Below the pieces are notes generated by a model. It made no database searches, was not told the origin of the DNA, and was given only the letters and a program-made list of their open reading frames with translations. Positions 27,675 to 37,200 of a stretch of DNA of 64,000 nucleotides are shown here, piece after piece. A program made the position numbers and the translations under genes. How positions within the stretch are numbered: position 1 is the first letter of the stretch; each line of letters starts with the position of its first letter. Source of the DNA: a bacterium (GTDB lineage Bacteria > Bacillota_I > Bacilli_A > RFN20 > CAG-826); assembly GCA_963651445.1 (NCBI GenBank), contig CAVJPU010000002.1, positions 97,489 to 161,488 of the forward strand, given 5' to 3'.

Positions 27675-28619
27675 TTATACCGCCATTTCTGCCTTAATTG
27701 TACTGTGCGAAATATAGTCAATTAATTTAAAATCATCTACACATGCATTTTCGAAATCTTCTAGAGTCTTTAATTTAGGATTAATCCATACTGTTGGCAA
27801 TTCGAATTCGTCTCGACTTAGTTGTTCTGTAACTTGGTCAACATGATTTTTGTATACATGAGCATCGCCAAGAGACCCAATTAATTTTCTAGGTTTTAAT
27901 CCAAGAATTCTGGCAAAGATATGAAGTAATAATGCGTATGAAGCAATGTTAAACGGCAAGCCTAAGAATGAATCTACACTTCGTTGGAACCAGAGTAAGT
28001 CAAGATGACCATTAGTTATTCGCAATTGATACAACATATGGCACGGCGGCAATGCTGCTGGGTTGACCGTGATGTTTGAATCTGAATATGTCCAAACTAC
28101 TTTAGGATTCCATGCCGAAACGATTAATCGTCGAGAACTAGGATTATTTTTTGCTTCTGTTAATACCATTCTAACTTGGTCAACGCCACTAATAGGATAT
28201 TCGTCATTATAAGCAACCTTAGAATTTTCTCGTTCAACTAGTAAGGTTTCTTTGCCGAAGTTACGCCATTGAACACCATAGATGTCGCCCATTTCGCCAT
28301 CGGTGTACCCTAAACCTTTTGCTTGGTTTTCGTAATTTGCATCCCAAATGGTTTTCTTTTCATAGTTTATTCGGTTAGTCTCACCATGAAGAATTGCACG
28401 AAGATCATTTACATTAGAAGAGCCTCGCAAGAACCAAATAAGTTCTGATACAACTCCTTTCCATGCTAATTTCTTAGTAGTAACGGCAGGAAACTTTTCG
28501 CTAATATCAAATGACAACTGTTCACCAAATAAAGAAATTGTACCTGTACCTGTACGTTCTGTATCTACTACGTCACCTTCGGTAATAATGCGTTTTAACA
28601 AATCATGATATTGCTGCAT
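27675..28619 (-). CDS. td: Thymidylate synthase
   Basis: LPPCHMLYQ active-site Cys motif, DAHVYKNH, 314 aa. Uninterrupted, with no intron evident. Confidence 0.93.
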   Translation of the reverse strand: MQQYHDLLKRIITEGDVVDTERTGTGTISLFGEQLSFDISEKFPAVTTKKLAWKGVVSELIWFLRGSSNVNDLRAILHGETNRINYEKKTIWDANYENQAKGLGYTDGEMGDIYGVQWRNFGKETLLVERENSKVAYNDEYPISGVDQVRMVLTEAKNNPSSRRLIVSAWNPKVVWTYSDSNITVNPAALPPCHMLYQLRITNGHLDLLWFQRSVDSFLGLPFNIASYALLLHIFARILGLKPRKLIGSLGDAHVYKNHVDQVTEQLSRDEFELPTVWINPKLKTLEDFENACVDDFKLIDYISHSTIKAEMAV

Positions 28620-28831
28620 TAAATAGCTCCTTTTAAATCGTATACCTTGTTTGCAATAAGCCCAATTGCGGTGGTAAGATTTTCATCGGTTTCAGAATAA
28701 ATCGACGTGCCATTTTCGTTTTTAAATGATAACTGCACAGTAAATTCATTATCTACAGAACAATATTGGATATTAATATTAGCCAATTCTTCATTTTTAA
28801 ATGCACGTAAGATATTTTTAGCGATGTTCAT
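28619..28831 (-). CDS. Hypothetical small protein (possible paralogue of 28878-29102)
   Basis: 70 aa, MNIAKNIL... Overlaps the td start by 1 nt. Confidence 0.5.
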   Translation of the reverse strand: MNIAKNILRAFKNEELANINIQYCSVDNEFTVQLSFKNENGTSIYSETDENLTTAIGLIANKVYDLKGAI

Positions 28832-28877
28832 TAACTTTATTTCCTAAAACTTTAACAATATTATAACTCAATTTAAA

Positions 28878-29102
28878 TTAAGCTCTAATAATTTTATCAA
28901 TTAAATTTCTAACTTCACGGTATGCAAGTTGATTACACAATCCTAAAAGGCCTTCTTCTACTGTTTCACAGCTAGTAATAGAACTTATAGGGCAGTCATT
29001 GATATATAACCCAACAACAAATTTGCCGTCTGGATCTAAATTCACTTTAATTTCGGCATTCTTAGTGCCCAATTGCTTTAAAATCTTATCGATAATATTC
29101 AT
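28878..29102 (-). CDS. Hypothetical small protein
   Basis: Start moved to ATG 29102 (MNIIDKILKQLG...). The longer track ORF would overlap frd by 230 nt. Confidence 0.5.
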   Translation of the reverse strand: MNIIDKILKQLGTKNAEIKVNLDPDGKFVVGLYINDCPISSITSCETVEEGLLGLCNQLAYREVRNLIDKIIRA

Positions 29103-29628
29103 ACTTGTCCTTAACCGTTTGTAGAATTGAACAATTTTCATCAATTCGGTAATAGTGCTCTTCAGTAGTATTTGAGAAAGTATCAATTTTATACAAAAAC
29201 CCTGAAGAGAGTTCAGCCGTAACGTCAAATTCATTTTTTGTACCCTTATACATGATGGATGTATACACAATACGATCTGCAAAATCAATGGCTTGTTCAA
29301 GAAGATTAACTCCACCGATAACAGAGTACATTGTTGGGGATTCTTGAATCGTCAACAAATACGTTTTTAGCCAATCCGTTGGAATGTAATGATCGGCTAC
29401 TTCGCCATTTTTTGTGACTGGCTTTTCTCTTGATGGATCATACACTACATAATGTAGGCGACCAGACAATTTGCGATCAAATGAAGCAAATGTTTTAGCT
29501 CCCATCACCATTACAGTATCTTTGGTGGTTTTAGCGAATTCTTGCATATCCTTTTTGATATGTGGCCAAGGCATGCCGGATTCGGTTCCAAACGCGCCTT
29601 TATTGTGAGCGAATACTAATTGAATCAT
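29086..29628 (-). CDS. frd: Dihydrofolate reductase
   Basis: MIQLVFAHNKGAFGTESGMPW...VMVMGAKTF pattern, 180 aa, adjacent to td. Confidence 0.88.
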   Translation of the reverse strand: MIQLVFAHNKGAFGTESGMPWPHIKKDMQEFAKTTKDTVMVMGAKTFASFDRKLSGRLHYVVYDPSREKPVTKNGEVADHYIPTDWLKTYLLTIQESPTMYSVIGGVNLLEQAIDFADRIVYTSIMYKGTKNEFDVTAELSSGFLYKIDTFSNTTEEHYYRIDENCSILQTVKDKYEYYR

Positions 29629-29693
29629 TTCAGTTCCATTAATCTTGAGTTGATACGGCTATTATATACTATTCATAATGAATAGTATACCGA

Positions 29694-30191
29694 TTATTCC
29701 AAATATTTCGTGGTTTTAAAGAAGTCTTTAGATAATTTAATAATATCTCGCCAGGTCTGTCTAGGGTCATGATCCTCACTAAGATGATCCGTTATTGCTC
29801 TAGTGGCTTGTCTAAAGTCATCATAAAAATACGAATCATCTTCGCAATACTTAGTGTATTCTCGTACTAGGTATAAAAATGATAATAAGCCATTAGGTGT
29901 TTTCCATTTTGTACAAAATGAGCAAGAGTCTGTTTTTATACTAATTATGTTTTCATTAAAATCTATATCAACATAGTGGGTTGACTTCAAAAATATAGCT
30001 AATGTCAAAATCATATGCGATTCGACCTTGAACATATTATAATTTGAATCCAATTTGCATACATACCAAATCAATCCAGCAAATTGATCATCGGCGTCCA
30101 TAGAATTCAATACGGACTCATCGAATTTACGTTCAACAATTCCGCTTTTTAGTGCCGTCACTATATCATGTCGCGATTCTAAAGTATCCAT
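29694..30191 (-). CDS. Hypothetical protein
   Basis: 165-aa ORF with its own early promoter. Confidence 0.6.
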   Translation of the reverse strand: MDTLESRHDIVTALKSGIVERKFDESVLNSMDADDQFAGLIWYVCKLDSNYNMFKVESHMILTLAIFLKSTHYVDIDFNENIISIKTDSCSFCTKWKTPNGLLSFLYLVREYTKYCEDDSYFYDDFRQATRAITDHLSEDHDPRQTWRDIIKLSKDFFKTTKYLE

Positions 30192-30219
30192 AATAATCTC
30201 TTTTTATAAATTAATATCT

Positions 30220-30248
30220 ATTATACCACAGATTTGGGTAGTTGTAAA
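30220..30248 (-). promoter_or_regulatory. Early promoter TTTACA-N17-TATAAT (with TGg upstream of -10)
   Basis: -35 at 30243-30248 and -10 at 30220-30225, directly after the gene 32 terminator. Confidence 0.65.
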
Positions 30249-30251
30249 TGC

Positions 30252-30279
30252 AAAAGAGAGGACCGAAGTCCTCTCTTTT
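30252..30279 (-). terminator. Gene 32 terminator AAAAGAGAGGAC-UUCG-GUCCUCUCUUUU
   Basis: 12-bp stem with UUCG tetraloop, 18 nt after the gene 32 stop. Confidence 0.8.
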
Positions 30280-30296
30280 TAAAAATTTATTTTAGA

Positions 30297-31214
30297 TTAT
30301 AGATCGTCTAAAAGCGATTTTAAGTCATCGGCTGCTTGTGACGGCGCTTGTTCAATTTTTACCGATTCATTTGTTTCTGTAGGCTCAGCACTAAACTCTG
30401 CCATACTTGCACTAAATTCATCTAATTGACTAGCAATTTCGTCGGCTTGACGTGATGCTTGAGCAGCAGTTCCACCTAAAGCAGCTGTACCCATAACTCG
30501 TTTAAATGATTCTTCATTTTTAGCGAAGTCATTAAATTGGTCTGGAGCAGCAATAGCGGCGATATCAGACATTTCCGATGCAAGTTTTTCTTGGAATGCC
30601 GGATCATCAATACCTGCGATTTTAGTTTGTTTTTGGAATTTAGATTCATCATAGTTACTGAATCCACCAACTTGTTTAACTTTTAAACTAAAATTAGCAC
30701 CAGTGAAAACACATGTTACATCAACTGGTTCTTCACCCATCGCTGGATCCACTTCAATCATAGATAAGATTTTATCCATAACTTTTTGGCCGAAGCGATA
30801 TTTAAACACTTTACCTTCATTGTCTGGATTAGCCGGGTCTTTAACAACTAAGATATTAGCCCAGTATGAAGTTTTACGTTTAAGTTTTTGATACAATGCA
30901 TTGTCTGTGTTAAACAAATCATTTTCTTTAATATATTTACAAACAGGGCAGTCATCGAAATGATCATTACCAAGTGTTGACGGGCAATTTTCGATATACC
31001 ATTTTGGACCAATTTGAGCGCCGTGGTTAATCAATTTAATAAACGGTAAATCATTTTCGGTTTTACCAGGTAAGAAACGAATAACAGCGGTACCATTTTT
31101 GGCGTTATCTAATGCCAACTTCCATTCTTTTGAATCAGATTCAGAGAAAGAATTGCCACCTTTGATTTTTTCTAATTGAGCGGCTAATTGAGCAGGGTCT
31201 TTACGTTGAAACAT
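30297..31214 (-). CDS. 32: Single-stranded DNA-binding protein gp32
   Basis: Colinear with remembered T4 gp32 ([19 protein letters not shown]...CPVCKY zinc motif, [46 protein letters not shown], acidic C-terminus ...DLKSLLDDL). Confidence 0.97.
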   Translation of the reverse strand: MFQRKDPAQLAAQLEKIKGGNSFSESDSKEWKLALDNAKNGTAVIRFLPGKTENDLPFIKLINHGAQIGPKWYIENCPSTLGNDHFDDCPVCKYIKENDLFNTDNALYQKLKRKTSYWANILVVKDPANPDNEGKVFKYRFGQKVMDKILSMIEVDPAMGEEPVDVTCVFTGANFSLKVKQVGGFSNYDESKFQKQTKIAGIDDPAFQEKLASEMSDIAAIAAPDQFNDFAKNEESFKRVMGTAALGGTAAQASRQADEIASQLDEFSASMAEFSAEPTETNESVKIEQAPSQAADDLKSLLDDL

Positions 31215-31277
31215 AATTTATTTCCTTTACAGTTTTTAACAGTTGTTTACAGATTTTAAAAGTTTTTAACAGTTGTT
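31215..31277 (-). promoter_or_regulatory. Gene 32 5' leader with two 17-nt direct repeats (putative translational operator)
   Basis: mRNA sense AACAACUGUUAAAAACU occurs twice (31231-31247, 31261-31277) in an A/U-rich leader just before the RBS. Confidence 0.45.
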
Positions 31278-31298
31278 GATGAGAGTTTCGAAGAATGA

Positions 31299-31442
31299 AT
31301 AAAGCTACATTCTTGATGACTTTTGTGTTTTGGCAATTTGAGCATTACTAATGATACGAGCAACTAATAAATCAGCACGATCTAACAATTCATTAGCTTT
31401 ATTAATTAAATGTTGACGATGAATTTCATTAAAACTTTGCAT
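31299..31442 (-). CDS. Small ORF (47 aa, MQSFNEIHRQHLINKANELLDRADLLVARIISNAQIAKTQKSSRM)
   Basis: Not in the ORF track (below 60 aa). Strong SD GAGGA 6 nt before the ATG. Lies between 59 and 32. Confidence 0.4.
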
Positions 31443-31486
31443 AATCATTCCTCTAAAAAGTTAATTTATTGCCATGGTTTACAGCT

Positions 31487-31520
31487 CTTATGTTAATTTG
31501 TACATCTAAATTAACATAAG
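31487..31520 (-). other. 13-bp perfect inverted repeat CTTATGTTAATTT / AAATTAACATAAG
   Basis: Downstream of gene 59. No U-run follows, so it is more likely an RNA stability/processing or protein-binding site than a terminator. Confidence 0.4.
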
Positions 31521-31576
31521 TTATACAATTATTATATATCAATGATTTCAAAGCAATGATACACTTTATTTATAAC

Positions 31577-32227
31577 TTAAAACTTGGCGGCCTTAATCGA
31601 AGCATTAAAACGAGTTATGGCTATTTCTTTATCTACGATAAATATTTTTCGATAGGCTTTCAATCTAGTAGAATAACTAGACCAGATAATACTATCGTAT
31701 TTATCATGATCTTCAATAATGCCAAGAAAACTATCGAGCATAATAAAAGTTTCAAATGATATAATTCCACTTTGAAGCAATTTGAAAATATATGAAGAAC
31801 CTTTAGATGAGTCATAATAAAACACATCTCGTAAAGCACTTATATCAATTTTCTTAGAAAAGTAATAAATGTTTTTGACGTCATCGTCATAACGAGTCAT
31901 TACTTGTTTAAGTCTAGCCAAATAAGTTTGATAAAAATTGACAGGGTCAGAATCGGATATTTCGCCGATCCATGCATCTTGGTTAGCCAATAGATTACTT
32001 ATAAAAATTAAACTCAATTCCTTTAAAGTGAACTTATCGGCAAGACGCTCAAAGAACATCTTGTCTTTACGCTTGGAATATGCGGCATCAGATACCGACA
32101 TATTCCAATTGGATTTAATTACATCTCGTCTACCGTTAAAATGATTTTTTAACTGGAGATATAAATTATAAACACTTTTACCATTAATTTTAATGCTATT
32201 ATTAGGCGGCAACAATAGCCTAACCAT
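31577..32227 (-). CDS. 59: gp59 loader of the gp41 helicase
   Basis: Colinear with remembered T4 gp59 (INGKSVYNLYLQLKNHFNGRRDVIKSNWNMSVSDAAYSKRKDK, LIFISNLLANQDAWIGEISD, IFKLLQSGIISFETFIMLDSFLGII). Confidence 0.95.
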   Translation of the reverse strand: MVRLLLPPNNSIKINGKSVYNLYLQLKNHFNGRRDVIKSNWNMSVSDAAYSKRKDKMFFERLADKFTLKELSLIFISNLLANQDAWIGEISDSDPVNFYQTYLARLKQVMTRYDDDVKNIYYFSKKIDISALRDVFYYDSSKGSSYIFKLLQSGIISFETFIMLDSFLGIIEDHDKYDSIIWSSYSTRLKAYRKIFIVDKEIAITRFNASIKAAKF

Positions 32228-32510
32228 ATAAAAAGTCCAATGACGAATGGGTGTTTTCTTTAGTTATTGAAGGTTTAAGAACTCGATCTTCAATAACTTC
32301 AGCTTTGAGTTGTTCAATTACAGGTTCCGGAATAAATCTAGAAAACTGTGATTCTGGGATACTGCGTTCTTCCATCCACCATGTTACCGCTTCTAAAACT
32401 GATAGATGATGTTCTTCTATCAGTTGTTCAATCTCGACAGCAATTTCTTGCTTAGATAAGGAAACGGTAGGTTGTTTTTCGGCTTCTTTATTTTCCAAAG
32501 ATTGCATCAT
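32220..32510 (-). CDS. 33: gp33 late transcription co-activator
   Basis: HHLSVLEAVTWWMEERSIPESQFSRFIPEPVIEQLKAEVIEDRVLKPS matches the remembered T4 gp33 core. Start set at ATG 32510 (MMQSLEN...); the longer track ORF overlaps dsbA. Confidence 0.85.
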   Translation of the reverse strand: MMQSLENKEAEKQPTVSLSKQEIAVEIEQLIEEHHLSVLEAVTWWMEERSIPESQFSRFIPEPVIEQLKAEVIEDRVLKPSITKENTHSSLDFLYG

Positions 32511-32754
32511 ATTTTTCCAAAATCTCTTCTGATTCGTTTTCGAATTTTTCACGTTGGTCTTTGTGATAAATTTGAAGAATTTTGTTAAATTCTTTACCAT
32601 CTACACCTAATTCTTCGTGAGCAGCTTTACGAATTTCTCGAATAGCTTCTTGAGCACCGGTGATGATTGCTAGATGATCCGAACATTCTTTTACGCTATG
32701 CTCTAATTGATCGCCATGAAGTTGTACATTAAATTCAACGTTTGATTTAGCCAT
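32488..32754 (-). CDS. dsbA: dsDNA-binding protein DsbA
   Basis: Colinear with remembered T4 DsbA (ELGVDGKEFNKILQIYHKDQREKFE...). Confidence 0.85.
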   Translation of the reverse strand: MAKSNVEFNVQLHGDQLEHSVKECSDHLAIITGAQEAIREIRKAAHEELGVDGKEFNKILQIYHKDQREKFENESEEILEKYDAIFGK

Positions 32755-32784
32755 TTCATTAACCTCTTTAATTTGGTATGATTT

Positions 32785-32809
32785 ATTATAACATTTTAAA
32801 TGTTAAGCA
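32785..32809 (-). promoter_or_regulatory. Possible MotA-dependent middle promoter (TTGCTTAA-N12-TATAAT)
   Basis: Near-consensus MotA box at 32803-32809 and -10 at 32785-32790, upstream of dsbA. Confidence 0.4.
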
Positions 32810-32810
32810 A

Positions 32811-33980
32811 TTAAAAGTTTGCAATTTCTGGAATTAATTTAGTTAGCCCAGATTTAACAAAGTATGGATACATTTTACCACGTGGTGCTGGTACAACAGT
32901 TCTATATGCTTCTAAAATATTTTCTCGAATATCTGTTCGAATATAATCAAAGTCAATTAAAACACGATTTTCGATGAATCGTTTCATTCGAATTTTTGCC
33001 AATAGCTCGCCAAGAGTTTCAATAGTATTCCGTTCAATAATACCAGAAACTTTGTCCTCATCCATACCATATAATGTAATAAGATTATATTTTATACGTT
33101 GTTTTATAACCATATCAGCCAAAGCTTCGGTAGATTCATTTTCTAATAACTCTTCTACACCTTCGGTTAAAAATGTTTTTAGTTCTGTTTCGATCCATTT
33201 CTTACCGGGCTTTTTGGCCAGAAGTTTTGTCATTACATCATCTTTAAAGACTTCAAAAATTTCGTCGTCTGACTTACCTACCATATCATTAATAAATGAT
33301 GCTGATGTTGATGGTGTTCGCACACCTAAATCGCAAAGATAAAAATCTCCACGAACTTTAATAGAAGCAACATTATCTTTTCTGTCGCCCTTTAAAACTT
33401 TAGTAAGGCAATCTTCCGCAGGTGAACCTGTTTTGATACTGACAAATTTTTTCTGTACAGGAGAATATTGGTCAACATTTTTATACTTATGGAGTTGTGT
33501 AAAGTCGCCATCCGACGAAATAATTCTAACTTTCCAATCCATTTCACTAAGATGTTTTGTTAAAACAGCAATAACGTCATCGGCTTCACAATGTTTAACA
33601 TTAATTAATGTATAGGGCATGTTTTGTTCTAATTCAGTGACAACTTCATTTAGACCGTTGAAGTATCCTTCCCAATCAAATTGATTAGCATTTTCTTCAC
33701 GAGAAATTGCACGATTGCGCTTATAATAATCTTGTTCCTGGCGACGCCAGTACCCGTACCGGGCATTATCTACTGCAATAATAACTTTTTCATATCCTTC
33801 ACTTTTAAATTTTAAAGCATTATGTTTTAATGTCGATAAAATCAGTTGTCTAACCAATGGAACCGTAAATTTCTTACCAGGCTCATCACCGTATGCTACC
33901 GCAGCTGTTGCTAGCGCAATTTGTGACAAATCGATAATAACTGCACCATTAGTATCACCATAAAAATGATCTAAACTCAT
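32811..33980 (-). CDS. rnh: RNase H / 5'-3' exonuclease (FEN family) with ~85-aa internal insertion
   Basis: Colinear with remembered T4 RNase H (IDLSQIALATA, GYWRRQ..YYKRNR, SSDGDFTQLHKY, KGDRKDNVASIKVR, LIDFDYI, YPYFVKSGLTKL). 389 aa vs 305 in T4. Confidence 0.92.
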   Translation of the reverse strand: MSLDHFYGDTNGAVIIDLSQIALATAAVAYGDEPGKKFTVPLVRQLILSTLKHNALKFKSEGYEKVIIAVDNARYGYWRRQEQDYYKRNRAISREENANQFDWEGYFNGLNEVVTELEQNMPYTLINVKHCEADDVIAVLTKHLSEMDWKVRIISSDGDFTQLHKYKNVDQYSPVQKKFVSIKTGSPAEDCLTKVLKGDRKDNVASIKVRGDFYLCDLGVRTPSTSASFINDMVGKSDDEIFEVFKDDVMTKLLAKKPGKKWIETELKTFLTEGVEELLENESTEALADMVIKQRIKYNLITLYGMDEDKVSGIIERNTIETLGELLAKIRMKRFIENRVLIDFDYIRTDIRENILEAYRTVVPAPRGKMYPYFVKSGLTKLIPEIANF

Positions 33981-34043
33981 ATACTTTAACTCCGTAAGTA
34001 AAACTCAATAAATATATCATATACTAAAATATTTTATAGCATC

Positions 34044-34079
34044 AAAAACGGGTCTAACGACCCGCGTGACTGCGTCACG
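34044..34079 (-). terminator. Twin GC-rich hairpins (CGTGAC-tgc-GTCACG; CGGGTC-taac-GACCCG) followed by a U-run on the minus strand
   Basis: On the minus strand the second hairpin is followed by UUUUU. They lie between repeat copy B and the rnh start. Confidence 0.5.
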
Positions 34080-34083
34080 TATA

Positions 34084-34146
34084 TCTTCTATCCCTTAGCT
34101 TAGGTATTGAATGGAACTAAGGGGTGAACCCATTATATGTATAATA
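34084..34146. repeat. 63-nt exact direct repeat, copy B (partner at 7005-7067)
   Basis: Identical to copy A. A second short conserved block, ACGTCTATTTTTT, follows at 34196-34208 (copy A: 7116-7128). Confidence 0.9.
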
Positions 34147-34236
34147 AACCAAAAAATTAAAAAGCATTGAATTTGCTTTATATTTTAGTGTTTGAACGTC
34201 TATTTTTTAACCAATTTCTATAATTTGGAATGCTTA

Positions 34237-34244
34237 ATATAAAT
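34237..34244 (+). promoter_or_regulatory. Late promoter TATAAATA for gene 34
   Basis: Exact motif 27 nt before the gene 34 ATG, followed by SD AAGGA. Confidence 0.75.
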
Positions 34245-34270
34245 AAAGAATATAATATAAAGGAACTCAC

Positions 34271-37200
34271 ATGTCTGAAATAAAAACAAGTTTCCGTGCT
34301 TCATACGGGCTAGATGCAGCCGGTGAAAAGGTCATCAATATGGCGATGGCCAATAAAGCTGTTCTTACGGATGGCGTTAACGTTGGGTATCTCATTCAAG
34401 AAAATACAACTCAAATCTATGATCCAACCCGTGGTTATGCTGAAGGGTTCATTGTCATGTATAATGATAGATTATGGATTTCTAGATCAGTTGTACCATC
34501 ACCATCCGGCACATTCAATGAAGGATATTGGCGCCCTGTTCGTACAGACCCAAAATGGTATCCTGTTGATGCCGGCGCAGCACAATTAAAAGTTGGTGAT
34601 TATATTACTGTAGATACTGCTCAAGGTAATGCGGTAACATTAACTTTACCGTCAAATGCGCAAGAAGGTGACAACATTATTGTAAAAGATATTGGTGGCC
34701 AAACAGGTTACGTTGATGTAATTGTTAAAGCCGGTCTTCAATCTATTTTTGATAAAGGTAACCGCTTAACCCAAGCCCAAATGACTATTCCGTATTCAGA
34801 ATGGGTTTTTGTATATGTAAACAAATTATGGAATCTATATAATGGTTCTGAAGCGGATTTAGGGCGATACATTAAAGGTGGCGCGACTGCACAAATCCAA
34901 GCCGGTGAAACTATTGTTCGCCAATACGATCAGCAAAAGCCTATTACTTTGACATTCCCTAAAAATGCAAATAATGGAGACATTATCCATTTTGTAGGTA
35001 TGGATGCAGTAACGACCCCGTATTATAATCTAGTTTTGAATTCATTTGATAATAATACCAGCATTATGACCCAAGGTCAGCATACAAAAACAATCCAACG
35101 CTCATTGTCTGGGTACTTTTTGTATAATTCTACAATTGCTACTTGGGTATTATATGACTCGGATGTTACAGATCGACTTCGTACAGTAAATTCGGATTCA
35201 TTGTTATTCCCTAATGAGACCGTTTCTGTTGTAGGCACAGATAATACCACAGTGTCTACGATTAAATTGACACTTCCGCAAAATGTTGAACCCGGTGATC
35301 AGATTACTATTGCATTAAATTATATGCGCCTTAATCAAACTGTAAATATCGTTCCATCTGGAACTGATAAAATTCTTACAGATAAGAACTTGCTGCAATT
35401 CCCTAAACGCTCAAGTTATCCGCCATCTTCTTCATGGGTAACTAGTACACAATTAACATTTAACGGTACTAGTGATTATCCACCTATCATTACATTTGCC
35501 TATGTTGATATGGGTTCTATTAAACAATGGATGGTCGTTCATAACGCTCCGATGTTAGAACGTGTTGACCCTACTTCAGATGCCACCAGAGCCCGTTTAG
35601 GTGTAGCGGCATTAGCAACTCAAACTCAGGCGAATTTGAACTGGGAAAATATAGATGCTCCGTCAAAAGAGGCTGTTATTACTGCAGAAACATTAGCAAA
35701 TAAAACTGCTACAGAAACACGTCGTGGTATCGCTAGAATTTCTACTAAAGCAGAAAATCAGTTAACATCTGACAATGCAGCATATTTAGATGATGTATTT
35801 GTAACTCCTAAAAAGCTAGATCAAAAACAAGCTACAGAAGTTATGCGTGGACTAGCAGAAATTGCTACCCAAGCAGAAACAAATAGCAATACCGATGATT
35901 CTAGAATTATCACATCACTTAAATTAGATGCACGTCGAGCTACTCCGACTCTTGCTGGTGTTGCACCGGTAGTTACAAGTGGTGGTGTTGCACCAGTACC
36001 AGATGGTGTTAATAATCCACGTGACTTAGCTGGTACATACATCTATAATTTTGCTGATTATTCTAATATTGTTACTCCAAAAACTTTACGTGAGTTCAAA
36101 TCAACAGTTAACGGTTTAGGTGTAGTATACTTAGCAACATCTGCAGAAACTATTGCAGGGACTGATGCCGGAGCATTATATCCATTAGCAGTTACACCTG
36201 CGGCATTACACACCAAAACTGCAACAGAAGATCGTATAGGATTTACTGAAATCGCTACACAAGCAGAAACAAATGCCGGCACAGACGATTTTAGATTTAT
36301 TACTCCTAAAAAATTATCTGGGCGTGCATCTAGTGAAACATTAACAGGTTTAGCAAGATATGCAACCCAAACAGAGTTTGATGCAGGTACCGCTAGCTTA
36401 ATTTCAGAACCGGCAAAAATTAAAACATTCTTTAGTCGAGTGGCTCGTACAACTGTTACTGCAGCAGCCGGGTTAACACAAACAGGTAACCTTTGGGATG
36501 GTATAACATTTAATATTTTAGATGCTACAACTACTCAAAGGGGTACAACTACCCTTGCGACTCAGGCCGAAGTCGATGCTGGTACAGTAACTACAAAAAT
36601 TGTTACACCGGCAACTTTACAAGCCAAAAAGGCAACTACAACTGCTGAAGGTATTATTGCTGTAGCAACAAATGCAGAAGTTGTAGCGGGCACAGTTACA
36701 AATAAAGCAGTAGTTCCAAGTTCATTAATCAATGCTATCCAAGTTGATACAACATGGCAAGGTACAACTACTTTACGTGGCACATTGCGAACATCTTCTG
36801 GCACTATTACATTTGTTGGTAATGATACATCTGGATCTACACAAGATCTTTCGTTGTACACCCAAGTTGGTTATGCAGTATCGCCATACGAATTAAACCG
36901 TGTATTAGCAAACTATTTGCCATTGAAAGCAAAAGCGGTTGATTCCGATCTTTTAGATGGATTAGATAGTTTACAATTTATTCGTAGAGATATCGCGCAA
37001 ACGGTTAATGGAGCTTTAACGTTAACTCAACCAACTATTGCTACCACAATTACTGCAAGTGGTAATATCGCATCTTCTACATATATTACTGGTACTAGCG
37101 GCATTGCGATAACATCAACTGCAGGAGATGGTCGTGGTATTTCTCTATTTGGTGCCGCTTACGATCAATCGGGTATTGGTCTGCCAACATACGGTATGGC

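Noticed and set aside
24042-28619. Group I introns in td, nrdB or nrdA, as occur in T4 (td, nrdB, nrdD).
   Set aside because: All three reading frames are continuous with conserved motifs in order, and no large non-coding insert is present.
28878-29315. 145-aa track ORF overlapping the 3' third of frd.
   Set aside because: A 230-nt overlap with the well-supported DHFR gene is implausible. The internal ATG 29102 gives a 74-aa product similar in size and pattern to its neighbour.
29665-29689. Palindrome TATACTATTCAT-a-ATGAATAGTATA upstream of frd as an operator.
   Set aside because: It is an AT-rich 12-bp palindrome overlapping a TATAAT-like box. It cannot be distinguished from chance or a weak terminator in this AT-rich context.
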